From a virus (lineage: Duplodnaviria; Heunggongvirae; Uroviricota; Caudoviricetes), in the IMG/VR virus record IMGVR_UViG_3300048574_000421: a stretch of 64,000 nt of DNA; one strand, 5' to 3'. Of the stretch, positions 36,617 to 46,513 are shown piece after piece. Below the pieces are notes generated by a model. It was given only the letters and a program-made list of their open reading frames with translations, did not search any database and had not been told where the DNA came from. The position numbers were made by a program, and so were the translations under genes. The first letter of the stretch is position 1. Each line of letters begins with the position of its first letter.

Positions 36617-37959
36617 GATTTCATCTCGTTAAACAAAAACTCTACTGCTTTTTCATTTACTGTACCAATGTACATCGAGTTATAAGGTATTTTATTTTGT
36701 AACAGATCTTGCTTAATTTTTGCCTCTCTATTAGAATCAAATTTTAAAAGATTTGTAATTCTCATTGTATAAGCAACAACTTCATCTTCTGTAGCTTTGA
36801 TATCAAAATCCTTAACAATCTGTTCTATAACAAGTGACGTCTTCACTACTTGAATTGTACGAGGTGTTGTGTTTACGATAAAACTTTCTTTTGTTACTTT
36901 GCTTTCTTTTTCAAGTTGTCCTTCAGTTTTCCCCATACGTCTCAATAAAGCTTCCCACTCATTATCATTTTCTTTATCGATCATCACTTGTGGAATTGGT
37001 GAAATTTCTGATTCATCAACAATTTTTGAAAGAATGACTTTTTTAAACGTATCAATTGATTTCTTTTGTTTTTCATCAAGTAAACGAATTTTCAAATTAT
37101 CTTCATAAGCTTGAATAGAATCAAAACCCTTTGATTTTGCAAAACTGTCATTATAATCAGGTGCGACTTTGTATTTTATTGCATTTAGTTTTACAGTAAA
37201 TATAACTTTTTTACCTGACAATTCTTTACTATGATAATCAACAGGGAAAGTCACATTTACTTGACGTACTTCGTTAATTTTCATTCCGACAAGTTGATCT
37301 TCAAAATTATCAATAAATTGCTTTCTTCCATTGACAAGATCATTTACTCTAATCTGATAGTTCTTTGCTGTTCCACCTTTAAAAGGTGTTGTTTCTCCAT
37401 CAAGAACACCTTCAAAATCTATTAAAGCAATATCAAGATTTTCTAAAATTTCTTTTGTAGAGTCGTGAATTGTTTCGCTTTGTTTGATTTCTGCATCAAT
37501 CTTCTCTTTTAACTCAACATCAGAAATAGTTGTTGCTTCAAGTTTCTCTGTTTCTTTTATCTTATCTAATGAAACAAGTTTGACAGTCGGTTTTACTTCA
37601 GCAACAAACTCTATAGTAAGTGTTGATTTTCTTTTTAAATCTCCAAAGATCTTAAAATCTCTAGTCGAGACAAGACTAGTTTCTAATGTCGCAATGTCTC
37701 TAACAATCTGATCAATCATTGATTTATATAAACGTTCAACGCCAATTTTAGTTTCAGCAACATCTTGAGGTACACAACCTTTTCTAAAACCTGGTACTTC
37801 GATTTCAGACTTTACTCGTTCGTAAGCAGCTTTCTTTCTTTCATTCACATCATCAGCATCAACTGTGACAATGTATTTTACAGGTGTTGGCATTTTTTCT
37901 GTCTTAATGTCCATTATACTACTCCTTGTCTTTCTCGACAACTGTCGAAGATGCTTCAT
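36613..37959 (-). CDS. tig: trigger factor homologue (ribosome-associated chaperone/PPIase)
   Basis: Ribosome-binding signature PGFRKGCVP (TF: GFRKGKVP). FKBP-like domain IDFEGVLDGETTPFKGG...VNVTFPVDYHSKELSGKKVIFTVKLNAIK (E. coli TF: IDFTGSVDGEEFEGG...[27 protein letters not shown]). The overall three-domain length is 448 aa. Confidence 0.75.
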   Translation of the reverse strand: MKHLRQLSRKTRSSIMDIKTEKMPTPVKYIVTVDADDVNERKKAAYERVKSEIEVPGFRKGCVPQDVAETKIGVERLYKSMIDQIVRDIATLETSLVSTRDFKIFGDLKRKSTLTIEFVAEVKPTVKLVSLDKIKETEKLEATTISDVELKEKIDAEIKQSETIHDSTKEILENLDIALIDFEGVLDGETTPFKGGTAKNYQIRVNDLVNGRKQFIDNFEDQLVGMKINEVRQVNVTFPVDYHSKELSGKKVIFTVKLNAIKYKVAPDYNDSFAKSKGFDSIQAYEDNLKIRLLDEKQKKSIDTFKKVILSKIVDESEISPIPQVMIDKENDNEWEALLRRMGKTEGQLEKESKVTKESFIVNTTPRTIQVVKTSLVIEQIVKDFDIKATEDEVVAYTMRITNLLKFDSNREAKIKQDLLQNKIPYNSMYIGTVNEKAVEFLFNEMKS

Positions 37960-39364
37960 CTACTCTTGAGTCATATTCAAATCTCATAATATCGAATTTT
38001 TTTATAAAAAACAGTTTTGAAACACGTGAGTCTCTTGTCTTAGGAAAATCAAGACATGCTGTTTCATCATCTCCTGTGATACCCATCATATTATCTACAT
38101 TGTGTCCAAGTTTATCAGTGAAAGCTGCATCCATAGAATCAACTTCTTTACCGTGTAAATGTCTTTTGTGCGACTCTCTATTAAACTGACTTGCTCCTAT
38201 AATTGGAATACTTCTTGATCTTGCAAGCAATTTTAGATCCCATGAAATTACTCCTACAGGATCGTCTGATTTTCTATCGCTTGGTGTCATTAAATAAATT
38301 GGATCTATAATTAAAAGGTCAACCCTTTTACCCGAAACATTTTCGAAAGCAGTAATTCTTGAGTCGATAAATTGACAATTGCAATTTTGAGGTGCATCAA
38401 TTATCCAGTAAAAATTTGAATGATCTTCTTTGAGCTTCTTCATTTTTCGTTCTATTAATTGTAGCTCTTCATCGCTCATTAAATCTGGTGTCTTAATTTT
38501 ATTGTATGCTACTCTTGTGACTAAGGATGTGAATCTATTTCTTTGTTGCACTAATGGCATTTCAATTGTGACATAAATGATATTGTAACCTGATTTATAT
38601 GCATTATAACCAAAATTCAAAAGCAAAATAGATTTTCCCATACCTGGTCTACCAAGAACCAAAGAGAACTCACCAGGTTGCCAACCACCAGTTGCTTGAT
38701 CTATTTTTTTATAGCCTGTAGTTATTCCTTGGTATTTTTCAGGGTTTTCGCGTTTTTCTTTTAACTGCTCTATATACAAGTCAACGTCTTGAACAACATC
38801 TTCTTCTATAACTCTATATTTTCCATTAGAAAGAAGAACTTTATTTACAGAGTCTTGTATGTTTTGTGCCAAAACCATTGCTTCGTGTTTTTCGTCTACA
38901 AAGTCATGTTTTAACTGTTCATTTATTTTCAAATTAATGTCAAGAAGACTTCTATAAAAAAACTTCTCTTTTAATTTATCATACATTGGTTTAAAAGATT
39001 TGCTCTCAAATCTGTATGAAAAAATCTTCTCTAAAACTACCTTTTTTTGCTCGTACTCTTCTTGTTCTTTGTACTTAGATTTTAGCTCATCAAATAAAAA
39101 ACTTTTAGATACACATTCTGAAAAAGACACAAAATTTTCTTGTAGTTTAGAAAACATCCATTGTTTAAAATCTGATGTGAATACTTCTTTAGGTAAGCCC
39201 AAAAATGTTACGTAAGACAAATTTGAGTTTATCTCGTCAACATCTGTTTTCATATCAAAATCATTATCGAAAACAAGCAGTCTTAAAACTTTACATTCTA
39301 AAACAACATCGACAAATGGTTTTGTATTTTCACTTGGAGCATCAGTTTGTTTTCTTGAAATCAT
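37919..39364 (-). CDS. dnaB: DnaB-family replicative DNA helicase
   Basis: GYKKIDQATGGWQPGEFSLVLGRPGMGKS (Walker A), a Walker B-like LLIIDPIYLM, and the RecA-like C-terminal domain. Confidence 0.85.
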   Translation of the reverse strand: MISRKQTDAPSENTKPFVDVVLECKVLRLLVFDNDFDMKTDVDEINSNLSYVTFLGLPKEVFTSDFKQWMFSKLQENFVSFSECVSKSFLFDELKSKYKEQEEYEQKKVVLEKIFSYRFESKSFKPMYDKLKEKFFYRSLLDINLKINEQLKHDFVDEKHEAMVLAQNIQDSVNKVLLSNGKYRVIEEDVVQDVDLYIEQLKEKRENPEKYQGITTGYKKIDQATGGWQPGEFSLVLGRPGMGKSILLLNFGYNAYKSGYNIIYVTIEMPLVQQRNRFTSLVTRVAYNKIKTPDLMSDEELQLIERKMKKLKEDHSNFYWIIDAPQNCNCQFIDSRITAFENVSGKRVDLLIIDPIYLMTPSDRKSDDPVGVISWDLKLLARSRSIPIIGASQFNRESHKRHLHGKEVDSMDAAFTDKLGHNVDNMMGITGDDETACLDFPKTRDSRVSKLFFIKKFDIMRFEYDSRVDEASSTVVEKDKE

Positions 39365-40119
39365 AATTTATCCAATAAAGATTCACCAATTATATTTCTA
39401 TAGTCTTCGCCTAATAATTTAACTTCAATTAATCTCTCTTTGAAATTTGAATAAAGTGCTTCACCCAGCAAATCTCTATTTGACTCTAGAGGATGATTTG
39501 AAGTAATTATTGTACACAAATTTGCATCATCACGCTTTGTAAATATTTCGTCAATATTTGCACGTTCGCTGTCGTTTATCTGACTAAATAATCTACCTAT
39601 ATCGTCAATAACAAAAAATGTACTGTTATTCACAACATAAGAAAAATAAGCTTTTTTTTCTTCACTTTTCCAACCCGATCTAACAAAATCTATTATTTCT
39701 GAAGATCTGCTAAAAAAAGAAGGGTAATAATGTTCAATTGCAATTTTTAAGATAATGATTGCAATTGCAGTCTTCCCAACACCATGTGAACCAGAAATAT
39801 ACAATCCTATTCCCTCTTTAGCAGCTTTTTCAATCGATGAAATATATTTCTCGATCTTTTTAATTTGTTCGCCATTAGACTCTATAGTTTCAATTTTGTC
39901 GCGTATTGTTGAAAATTGAAACTTAAAATATTTTTCTGGGATATTTGCAAGTAAAAAGTTTTTCTCAAAAAAATTATCAACAGAACTGTAATGACTCAAT
40001 CTTTCAACAATTTTTTCATTTCCAAATCTTGAAATATCTATCATGCGATGAAAATGCGACCAAAATTCATGCTTTAAAGGACTATCTTGTTTTTTTCTTG
40101 TTATCATTGTTGTATCCAA
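39361..40119 (-). CDS. DnaC/IstB-like AAA+ helicase loader
   Basis: Walker A ISGSHGVGKTAIAI. Walker B FFVIDDIG. 4-nt overlap with the dnaB-like gene. Confidence 0.6.
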   Translation of the reverse strand: MDTTMITRKKQDSPLKHEFWSHFHRMIDISRFGNEKIVERLSHYSSVDNFFEKNFLLANIPEKYFKFQFSTIRDKIETIESNGEQIKKIEKYISSIEKAAKEGIGLYISGSHGVGKTAIAIIILKIAIEHYYPSFFSRSSEIIDFVRSGWKSEEKKAYFSYVVNNSTFFVIDDIGRLFSQINDSERANIDEIFTKRDDANLCTIITSNHPLESNRDLLGEALYSNFKERLIEVKLLGEDYRNIIGESLLDKL

Positions 40120-40991
40120 TCATAATCTTTTTTTATCTCTTGCTCGCGTTTTTCTTCTAATAAAGTTTTACAACCTAACAAATACAATCTATTAAGACCC
40201 TTAAAGTCTTTAGTTCTTATGTACGCTTGATATGCTGTGTTACCTTCGATTTGTCCAGAAGCTATTTTAATAGCAAGTTGTTTGTTACTATCTTCAAACT
40301 CTTGTTTGTATTGTTTTAAAGTTAAAGTTTTTAAATCGTCTTTGTCAGCTGTTTTATCTGATCGTTCTTCTTGGATTTTTTTCATTATTCCATGAATATA
40401 TGATGCAGGTTTTTTAGCATAATGACTTGTAATGTAAATATCACAAGTTTTTTCTAAAACAATTTGAGGTACTTCGAAAAAAGCATCAGTCAAAAACTTT
40501 ATATCTTGTAACTCTACTTTTCCTTTTTCGCCATAAAGATACTTAACATGGCCTGAAATAAGTTCAGCAACTTTTTCAGAAAGTCTTGCATTTGAAAAAC
40601 TAGTAACAATTCTATCAATGTATTTGTCTAAATAATCAGACATATTTCGTTTTCTTCGAATTTTTATTGCATCATCAGTCAAAATCAAACGAAATTTTTC
40701 ATCAGAATTTTGAATCATGCCAATATTAAGTTCATAAGTATTCTGCCCGTAAATTCTTTTGACTAAATTCCAATAACTTAATTCGCCCCAAGAGTACTCT
40801 ATTCTCTCTTTATCTTCTGATATAAGTATATGTTTTTGAAAAACAGATGATGGAACAGAGATTTCGTTCCCCTTTTCCTTATTATCAAAATAAAAAAATA
40901 TAAATCGTAATAAAGTACAAAAACTGTCAGGATTAAGCAGTTTTAAATATTGTTCGAGGAACTCTCTTGGGATCACATTTTTATCTTGCAT
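40104..40991 (-). CDS. hypothetical protein, possibly replication-initiation associated
   Basis: Position only: it lies upstream of the loader and helicase genes. No motif recognised. Confidence 0.35.
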   Translation of the reverse strand: MQDKNVIPREFLEQYLKLLNPDSFCTLLRFIFFYFDNKEKGNEISVPSSVFQKHILISEDKERIEYSWGELSYWNLVKRIYGQNTYELNIGMIQNSDEKFRLILTDDAIKIRRKRNMSDYLDKYIDRIVTSFSNARLSEKVAELISGHVKYLYGEKGKVELQDIKFLTDAFFEVPQIVLEKTCDIYITSHYAKKPASYIHGIMKKIQEERSDKTADKDDLKTLTLKQYKQEFEDSNKQLAIKIASGQIEGNTAYQAYIRTKDFKGLNRLYLLGCKTLLEEKREQEIKKDYDWIQQ

Positions 40992-41005
40992 GCCAATTTA
41001 TAACA

Positions 41006-41281
41006 TTAATTTGATTTAAGTTTACTTTTTATGTAATCTCTTAAATCTATTTCTTGAGCACCTAAGACGATAGCTTGTTGTCTTTTTGATTTTACAATAT
41101 CATAATGTGGGAAACTTTTCTTGTTTTGAAACCAATCGCGTCTCAAACCCAATTTTGAAGCAAACTCATGTAGTTCTTGTTCGTTGTCTGAAAACAAATG
41201 ACACCATTGCGCTCCATATTTTCTAGCTAAAGGATCGATTTGTTCTTTGATATAGATTTGAAGCTTATCAACATAGACCAT
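41006..41281 (-). CDS. DUF4031-like small protein
   Basis: WCHLFSDNEQELHEFASKLGLRRDWFQ...HYDI resembles the DUF4031 family pattern. Confidence 0.35.
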   Translation of the reverse strand: MVYVDKLQIYIKEQIDPLARKYGAQWCHLFSDNEQELHEFASKLGLRRDWFQNKKSFPHYDIVKSKRQQAIVLGAQEIDLRDYIKSKLKSN

Positions 41282-41296
41282 AATCTATTAATTTTC

Positions 41297-41731
41297 TTAA
41301 ACTTCTTCTTTAAGAACCTTATCTTTATTAGATTCTATATTTTCTTCAAAAATGCCAAGAAGATTATCTATAGACTCTCTTGCACCTTTGTCAGAACTAT
41401 ATCTTTCACTTCTAACTTCATTAGGAAAAGTTATGAAATTTTCTACATAATCATTAATACAAACTTCAGTTTTGTAAGAAGAAAATATTTTGTTTAATTG
41501 TGCACTAGGTGATATGTGCCAAATTTGCCATTGATTTAGTGCGTTCTTAATAGAAATAACAGATCTTTGAAATAACAAAGTTTTTACCCAAGAGCCATCT
41601 TGATCATTTAAATCAATCTGAAACATTGGTGAAGTTTCATTATCTAACCACGTCTGTACCTGTTTAAAAATATCACTTCTAAGTTCGTCAGGTAAAGAAA
41701 TTTCTTGTTGTTTAAAAGTTCGTACTTCCAT
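41297..41731 (-). CDS. hypothetical protein (144 aa)
   Basis: ORF track. Confidence 0.4.
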   Translation of the reverse strand: MEVRTFKQQEISLPDELRSDIFKQVQTWLDNETSPMFQIDLNDQDGSWVKTLLFQRSVISIKNALNQWQIWHISPSAQLNKIFSSYKTEVCINDYVENFITFPNEVRSERYSSDKGARESIDNLLGIFEENIESNKDKVLKEEV

Positions 41732-41760
41732 GCTTTTTACCTCTTTATCGTAAACACTTT

Positions 41761-41943
41761 TTATTGTTTGTTTTTAAATACTAGAAGTTGAACTGAAGGT
41801 ATGTTGTCTTCTTCAAAAATTTCATATTTTACATTCAAAAACTTAAGTAATTCTTCTATTTTTTCTTGAGCAGATCCCGGGTCAGTGTCATAATCTATTT
41901 GAACTAAATATTCATCTTCTTTTAAATTAGATTTTTTCAACAT
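41761..41943 (-). CDS. small hypothetical protein (60 aa)
   Basis: ORF track. Confidence 0.3.
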   Translation of the reverse strand: MLKKSNLKEDEYLVQIDYDTDPGSAQEKIEELLKFLNVKYEIFEEDNIPSVQLLVFKNKQ

Positions 41944-44900
41944 TTAAAAGTGCTTCTTTACTTTAAACAAAGGTTCAGATTCGTAAATTTTCATTCTTTT
42001 CTTTGAATGACCAGTAAGATATCGAATTCTATCATAAAAATCAACAATAATTGCTTCTTTTTTTTCATTATTTTCAGCTGAAGGGTATGGTCTTAACGTA
42101 CGTCCCACTCTTTGTAAGGACTTAATAAGCGATTTGCCTCCACCTGCCATAATTGCTGAACCTAAAGCAGGTATGTCTACACCTTCGTCAGCAACAGAAC
42201 TTCCTACAAGAACTTGTAATTGTTTTTTACGAACTTTGTTAAGTAAATCTTTTCGCATCTCTCCATCAACTTCACCTTGTATAAAAGCAACAGAGCTAAC
42301 TCCCGCCTTGTCTAGCATTTCACATAACACATCACCATGAGGTAACCTGGTGACAGTAATCAACACAGACTTACCTAACTCGAGTAATCGTAGGCAACTA
42401 TCAACAATCATTTCATTTCGAAGTTTATTGTTAACAATATAATCTTCGTAAATATTCCTAAAAGATTTTTGGACATATTTATATCTTGGATGCTCATTTG
42501 GGTCAAGCATGTAGATGTGAGGTTGTACAAGAAAACCTCGTTCTATAAGAAAAGATGCATCAATGTTACAAATCTGTCTGCCTGAATAAGCATCAAGCAC
42601 TTTATCAATTGATTTGTCTCTATAAGGTGTTGCTGAATTGTGAACAAGTACACCATTTGCGAAAAAATTCTGATTTTCTGGGCCTACATCTTCAATAGTT
42701 AAATCTAAAAGAAAATCTTCATTATTTTCTATTTCGTTTTTTGAAATTAATGTGATTATTGGATCTTCAAACAGTAAAAAACTTAATTTTTGTTTTAGTC
42801 TAAAAGCTTTAAGATCTTCTCTTCTCAAAACTAAGTAATTAAAATTTAATGATTTATAAATTTCATCTTTATAGTAAGGTATTCTATCCATACCATCATA
42901 TTCAAGATAAAAATCTTTTCCTTCATGTTTGACTTTAAAATCAGCAAAACATCTAGTTCCAGGAATGTTGGGATGTATTTCGTGACTTATATTATTCTTG
43001 TAAAGCCAATTATCAAGCATCATTTCACCTTTAGAATCACAAATATGCCCGTCTATAGCTTTAACAGATTTTGCATATCTTTTTACGCCTTCCCTTTTTA
43101 ATCTTGATTGCGAGACAAGACCAGAAATAATCATTGGCGTTATTATTTTTAATCTTTCTTCTTTTGTTTTCTTACTCCAAGCTTTTTTTGATCTTTTACT
43201 AACAAGTTCAGAATCAATAAAATTTGGATGGTGACACATTCTTTCAAATTTTTCAGGTTCTTCTTGTCTTAAGTGCTGCATTGTCTTTTTTTGCCTTGCA
43301 CTCATTTTTTCTCTATCTTTTTTTGTCAAATTCTTAAAAAATTCTTGTGATGCTTTGTTTCCTAGTTTAAGGAAGCTTTTTCGTCTAACCTGTTCATCAT
43401 CAGATAAACTGTCCCACCATTCTTTACGTTTTTTTGTTCTTATTTTATTCGATTCTTTAAGTTTGCATCTATCAGAACAATATTTATGTGGTGCAACAAC
43501 TTCTTTTCCACAAACGCAAAATCTTTTTATTTTCTCTATTGAACTAAACTTATCACCTATAGTCAAATCTATTGCTTTTTTAAAATCATTAATATCATTA
43601 ACATAAAATAAATGTGTTTCAGCACAAATTATTCTTATTTTTTCTTTATTTTCATTTTCAAAAATCAACTCAAATAATCTTTTTCCTTTGGCATCAATCT
43701 TAATAATTCTTGCTTTTTTAGGTTCCAATATTTTTTTAATTAGATTAAAAGTCATAACTTGAATAAATTTATCTTTATTTGCATAATACAAAGGTGATAA
43801 CTGACATTCTCTACCATCAGCAAGTAAGACTTTAGTTTTTTTATGAAGGCATAAACTGTACCGGTAATATGCATTTTGATATAATTTTGCCATCTGAATA
43901 TAAATCTCAGCAGTTGCACGATGACAATTACTTACAAGTATTCCTTCAGCAAAATAATTGTGATTATCTTCAACCTCAATATTATACCTTTTCTCATCTT
44001 TTATTTTCTTTTGCATCCTTACGCTCTTAACAACAGCTTCATCATGATTAAAAACAAAAGTGTTTATTTTTAATTTTGTCTCTTCCCAATTTTCTTCTAT
44101 GTCTTCATTTGTTAAATAAAGACATTTAAAATCTATTGATTCAAAACCCTTTTTTACTCTTTCAATCTCTTCTTTTGTGTGCCAAAAAGTTATATTACCA
44201 ACTTCAATTACTTTTCTTTGGTTTTTAATTTTAAAATCGGGATTTTTACTCCAACATTTTCCATCAGGTTTAGTGCCTATTCTTAACCAAAACTTACCAT
44301 TACCTGTATATCTAATCTCTGGTATTTTCAAATCTAGTATTGCTTGTTCTAAACGTGTTGGCTTTATTTCTTTTCCTTTTATACGTTTAGGTGCATTCAT
44401 AAATCTTTCTCTAACTATAGCCTTTTCTTCTTCTGTTTTATTTTCAAAATTTTTTAACCAGCCCAGTCTCATTCTCTCTCTTATTACAGGATTTTTATTC
44501 ATTTTAGACATTAAGCTTGAACGTACTTTAAAATGCTTCAATTTTGATTGTTCAGAAAATTTTATTTTTTCTCTGTGCACTCTCTCTCTATGTAAACATC
44601 TATGTTTTTTACAATAAAATCTTGGTCTTGACCTATTTGCATTAATTTTTAACACATCACTCTCTAACAAATCTTTTGCTTGAACATAACCCCTATTTTT
44701 TGTCCAAAACTTATGACTTGGTGTACAAAATATTAATTTTTCTTTTCCTTTAAAAACAAAAGTTATAATACACCAAGGTTCAGAAACTTGCGTTATTAAT
44801 CTACGTAATATTCGTTTTTGCTCAAAAATTTGTTTTTCATGATTATAAGATAAAACATGTGTAATTGCATCATTTTCACAAATATCTTTGATGTACATAT

Positions 44901-45675
44901 ATTCATCTAAACTTATATGTACGTGGGTTTCTGCTTGAAAACACTCATCATTTATTACAACATCAGCTTCAAGTACAGCTTTTCTAATATCTTCTTTTCT
45001 TTCAAGAACATGCTTTTGAATTTTTTCTTTAAACATGTTCTCTTCATCAATTGCACTGTATTTCAAATCAAATGCACTATGTAAAGTCTGTACAGTACAA
45101 ATATTTATTTGTTTAATATCGCAATGACCACCACCTATTTTCCCAACTTTTATTTGAAACATCTTTTCGAATTCATCAGCAGTTTGTTCAAGTAAATCTA
45201 TTGAATAAACAATGAAAAGAGTTTTTAAATTCAATCGTGCTACAATTGCAGCAGCAATAACAGTCTTGCCACCACCAGTTGCAACTTTTATTACACCACG
45301 TTCAGCTTCAATAGATTTTTCAACAACTTCATGCTGATAATCTCTTAATTGTTTTGAATGCATTTGCAAAGGTTCACCAATAATTGGAACATTACGTGCA
45401 TCTACAACATTAAAAGATAGACGGCAGTCATTTAATATGCTTTCTAATGTCGAATAAAGTCCTGTAGGATAACGAAGTTGTTCACGTTCAAAAAGTGTTA
45501 TATCAAGTTCTATAGTTTCTTTTCTAAATCTCGAATACTCTTCTCGAGAATAAGACATTTCATGCTCAATACGTCTAACAAGATCAGTATTCAATCTTAT
45601 GTTAGGTTTTAAATGAGTCCAAGTGTTTTCTATAACAATATCAAAATCTGCCATATTACTTTCTAATATAATCAA
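41944..45675 (-). CDS. SF2 DNA helicase (UvsW/XPB-like) precursor interrupted by two inteins
   Basis: Motif I KVATGGGKTVIAAAI. Motif II is reconstituted as VVINDE+CH (a DECH box) when residues 245-583 are removed. Motif III SATPYR follows residues 609-1013. Motifs V and VI are GSSVADEGVDIPALGSAI and QRVGRTLRP. Spliced size is about 499 aa. Confidence 0.8.
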   Translation of the reverse strand: MIILESNMADFDIVIENTWTHLKPNIRLNTDLVRRIEHEMSYSREEYSRFRKETIELDITLFEREQLRYPTGLYSTLESILNDCRLSFNVVDARNVPIIGEPLQMHSKQLRDYQHEVVEKSIEAERGVIKVATGGGKTVIAAAIVARLNLKTLFIVYSIDLLEQTADEFEKMFQIKVGKIGGGHCDIKQINICTVQTLHSAFDLKYSAIDEENMFKEKIQKHVLERKEDIRKAVLEADVVINDECFQAETHVHISLDEYMYIKDICENDAITHVLSYNHEKQIFEQKRILRRLITQVSEPWCIITFVFKGKEKLIFCTPSHKFWTKNRGYVQAKDLLESDVLKINANRSRPRFYCKKHRCLHRERVHREKIKFSEQSKLKHFKVRSSLMSKMNKNPVIRERMRLGWLKNFENKTEEEKAIVRERFMNAPKRIKGKEIKPTRLEQAILDLKIPEIRYTGNGKFWLRIGTKPDGKCWSKNPDFKIKNQRKVIEVGNITFWHTKEEIERVKKGFESIDFKCLYLTNEDIEENWEETKLKINTFVFNHDEAVVKSVRMQKKIKDEKRYNIEVEDNHNYFAEGILVSNCHRATAEIYIQMAKLYQNAYYRYSLCLHKKTKVLLADGRECQLSPLYYANKDKFIQVMTFNLIKKILEPKKARIIKIDAKGKRLFELIFENENKEKIRIICAETHLFYVNDINDFKKAIDLTIGDKFSSIEKIKRFCVCGKEVVAPHKYCSDRCKLKESNKIRTKKRKEWWDSLSDDEQVRRKSFLKLGNKASQEFFKNLTKKDREKMSARQKKTMQHLRQEEPEKFERMCHHPNFIDSELVSKRSKKAWSKKTKEERLKIITPMIISGLVSQSRLKREGVKRYAKSVKAIDGHICDSKGEMMLDNWLYKNNISHEIHPNIPGTRCFADFKVKHEGKDFYLEYDGMDRIPYYKDEIYKSLNFNYLVLRREDLKAFRLKQKLSFLLFEDPIITLISKNEIENNEDFLLDLTIEDVGPENQNFFANGVLVHNSATPYRDKSIDKVLDAYSGRQICNIDASFLIERGFLVQPHIYMLDPNEHPRYKYVQKSFRNIYEDYIVNNKLRNEMIVDSCLRLLELGKSVLITVTRLPHGDVLCEMLDKAGVSSVAFIQGEVDGEMRKDLLNKVRKKQLQVLVGSSVADEGVDIPALGSAIMAGGGKSLIKSLQRVGRTLRPYPSAENNEKKEAIIVDFYDRIRYLTGHSKKRMKIYESEPLFKVKKHF
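42637..43851 (-). mobile_element. intein 2 (405 aa) inserted immediately before helicase motif III
   Basis: Block A is CLHKKTKVLLADGRE. Block B is CAETHLFYV. C-terminal blocks are LLDLTIEDVGPENQNFFANGVLVHN followed by the +1 Ser of SATPYR. The internal zinc ribbon is FCVCGKEVVAPHKYCSDRC. The DUF559/Vsr-like module is LDNWLYKNNISHEIHPNIPGTRCFADFKVKHEGKDFYLEYDG. Confidence 0.7.
43927..44943 (-). mobile_element. intein 1 (339 aa) inserted in helicase motif II
   Basis: Begins with Cys (CFQAETHV...). Block B is CTPSHKFWT. C-terminal blocks are YNIEVEDNHNYFAEGILVSN followed by the +1 Cys. The internal module LEQAILDLKIPEIRYTGNGKFW...PDFKIKNQRKVIEVGNITFWH is DUF559/Vsr-like. Boundary codons were checked against the nucleotide sequence. 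Confidence 0.7.
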
Positions 45676-46505
45676 TTAACAGATTGTTTTAAAGACTTCC
45701 ACCAAGTTTCGTTTTCTTTATACCATTCAATAGTATCTGCAAGACCTACGCTCAAATCTATAACAGGACTCCAACCATACTGCTTATTGAGGCTTTCATA
45801 GTACATTGTTTGGATCTTTTCGTCAGGTTTTGATAACTCTATTGCATCTTTAGGAATCTTTAAATAATCAGCTATAAAAAGTGCTATATCGATGTTTTCA
45901 ATTTTATTACCACCACCAAGCTCATAAACTTTTCCTGCATTACCATAATGCATCAGCGTCTCAATCCCTCTGCAAAAATCTAAAACATTAGTCCAATCTT
46001 TTGTGTTTGGGTCTGGAACAATTAATTTATTTCCTTCAAGTGCATTTGTAATTAATGTAGGTATAAATTCTGTTGGATGTTGAAACAAACCATAATTATT
46101 AGAATGTTTCAAAACTAGCACTGGAATTTTATCGTTGAAAAAATGTGAAAGCGAAATAATGTCAATAGATATTGATTTTGATGAAGATATTTGAAGCAAC
46201 TTTTTTGTTTTGTACTTTTTTATAATTGCAAAAAGTTGTTGGACTTCATTTACACTTTGTCCATCAACAAAATTAACAATAATATCGAAACCAAACCAAA
46301 ATTTAAAAAGCTTCAACAAATCAGTTTGATCTGCATGATAAAAATAAAACTTCTTATTTTGTTCAAATTCTTTTAAATTTTTTATGTTGTCTTCATTTGA
46401 AAGTTTATCAATACACACAACATTATAGTCTGTATATTTGTCTAAAAGTCTCTGGATAAAATTTACTCCAATGAATCCCATGCCACCAACAACTAGAACA
46501 TCCAT
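45672..46505 (-). CDS. NAD-dependent epimerase/dehydratase family protein (RmlB/dTDP-glucose 4,6-dehydratase-like)
   Basis: Rossmann motif VLVVGGMGFIGVNF. It has the RmlB-like SNNYGLFQHPTEFIPTLITNALEGNKL. The catalytic YxxxK is not obvious, so it may be divergent. Confidence 0.55.
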   Translation of the reverse strand: MDVLVVGGMGFIGVNFIQRLLDKYTDYNVVCIDKLSNEDNIKNLKEFEQNKKFYFYHADQTDLLKLFKFWFGFDIIVNFVDGQSVNEVQQLFAIIKKYKTKKLLQISSSKSISIDIISLSHFFNDKIPVLVLKHSNNYGLFQHPTEFIPTLITNALEGNKLIVPDPNTKDWTNVLDFCRGIETLMHYGNAGKVYELGGGNKIENIDIALFIADYLKIPKDAIELSKPDEKIQTMYYESLNKQYGWSPVIDLSVGLADTIEWYKENETWWKSLKQSVN

Positions 46506-46513
46506 TAGAACTC

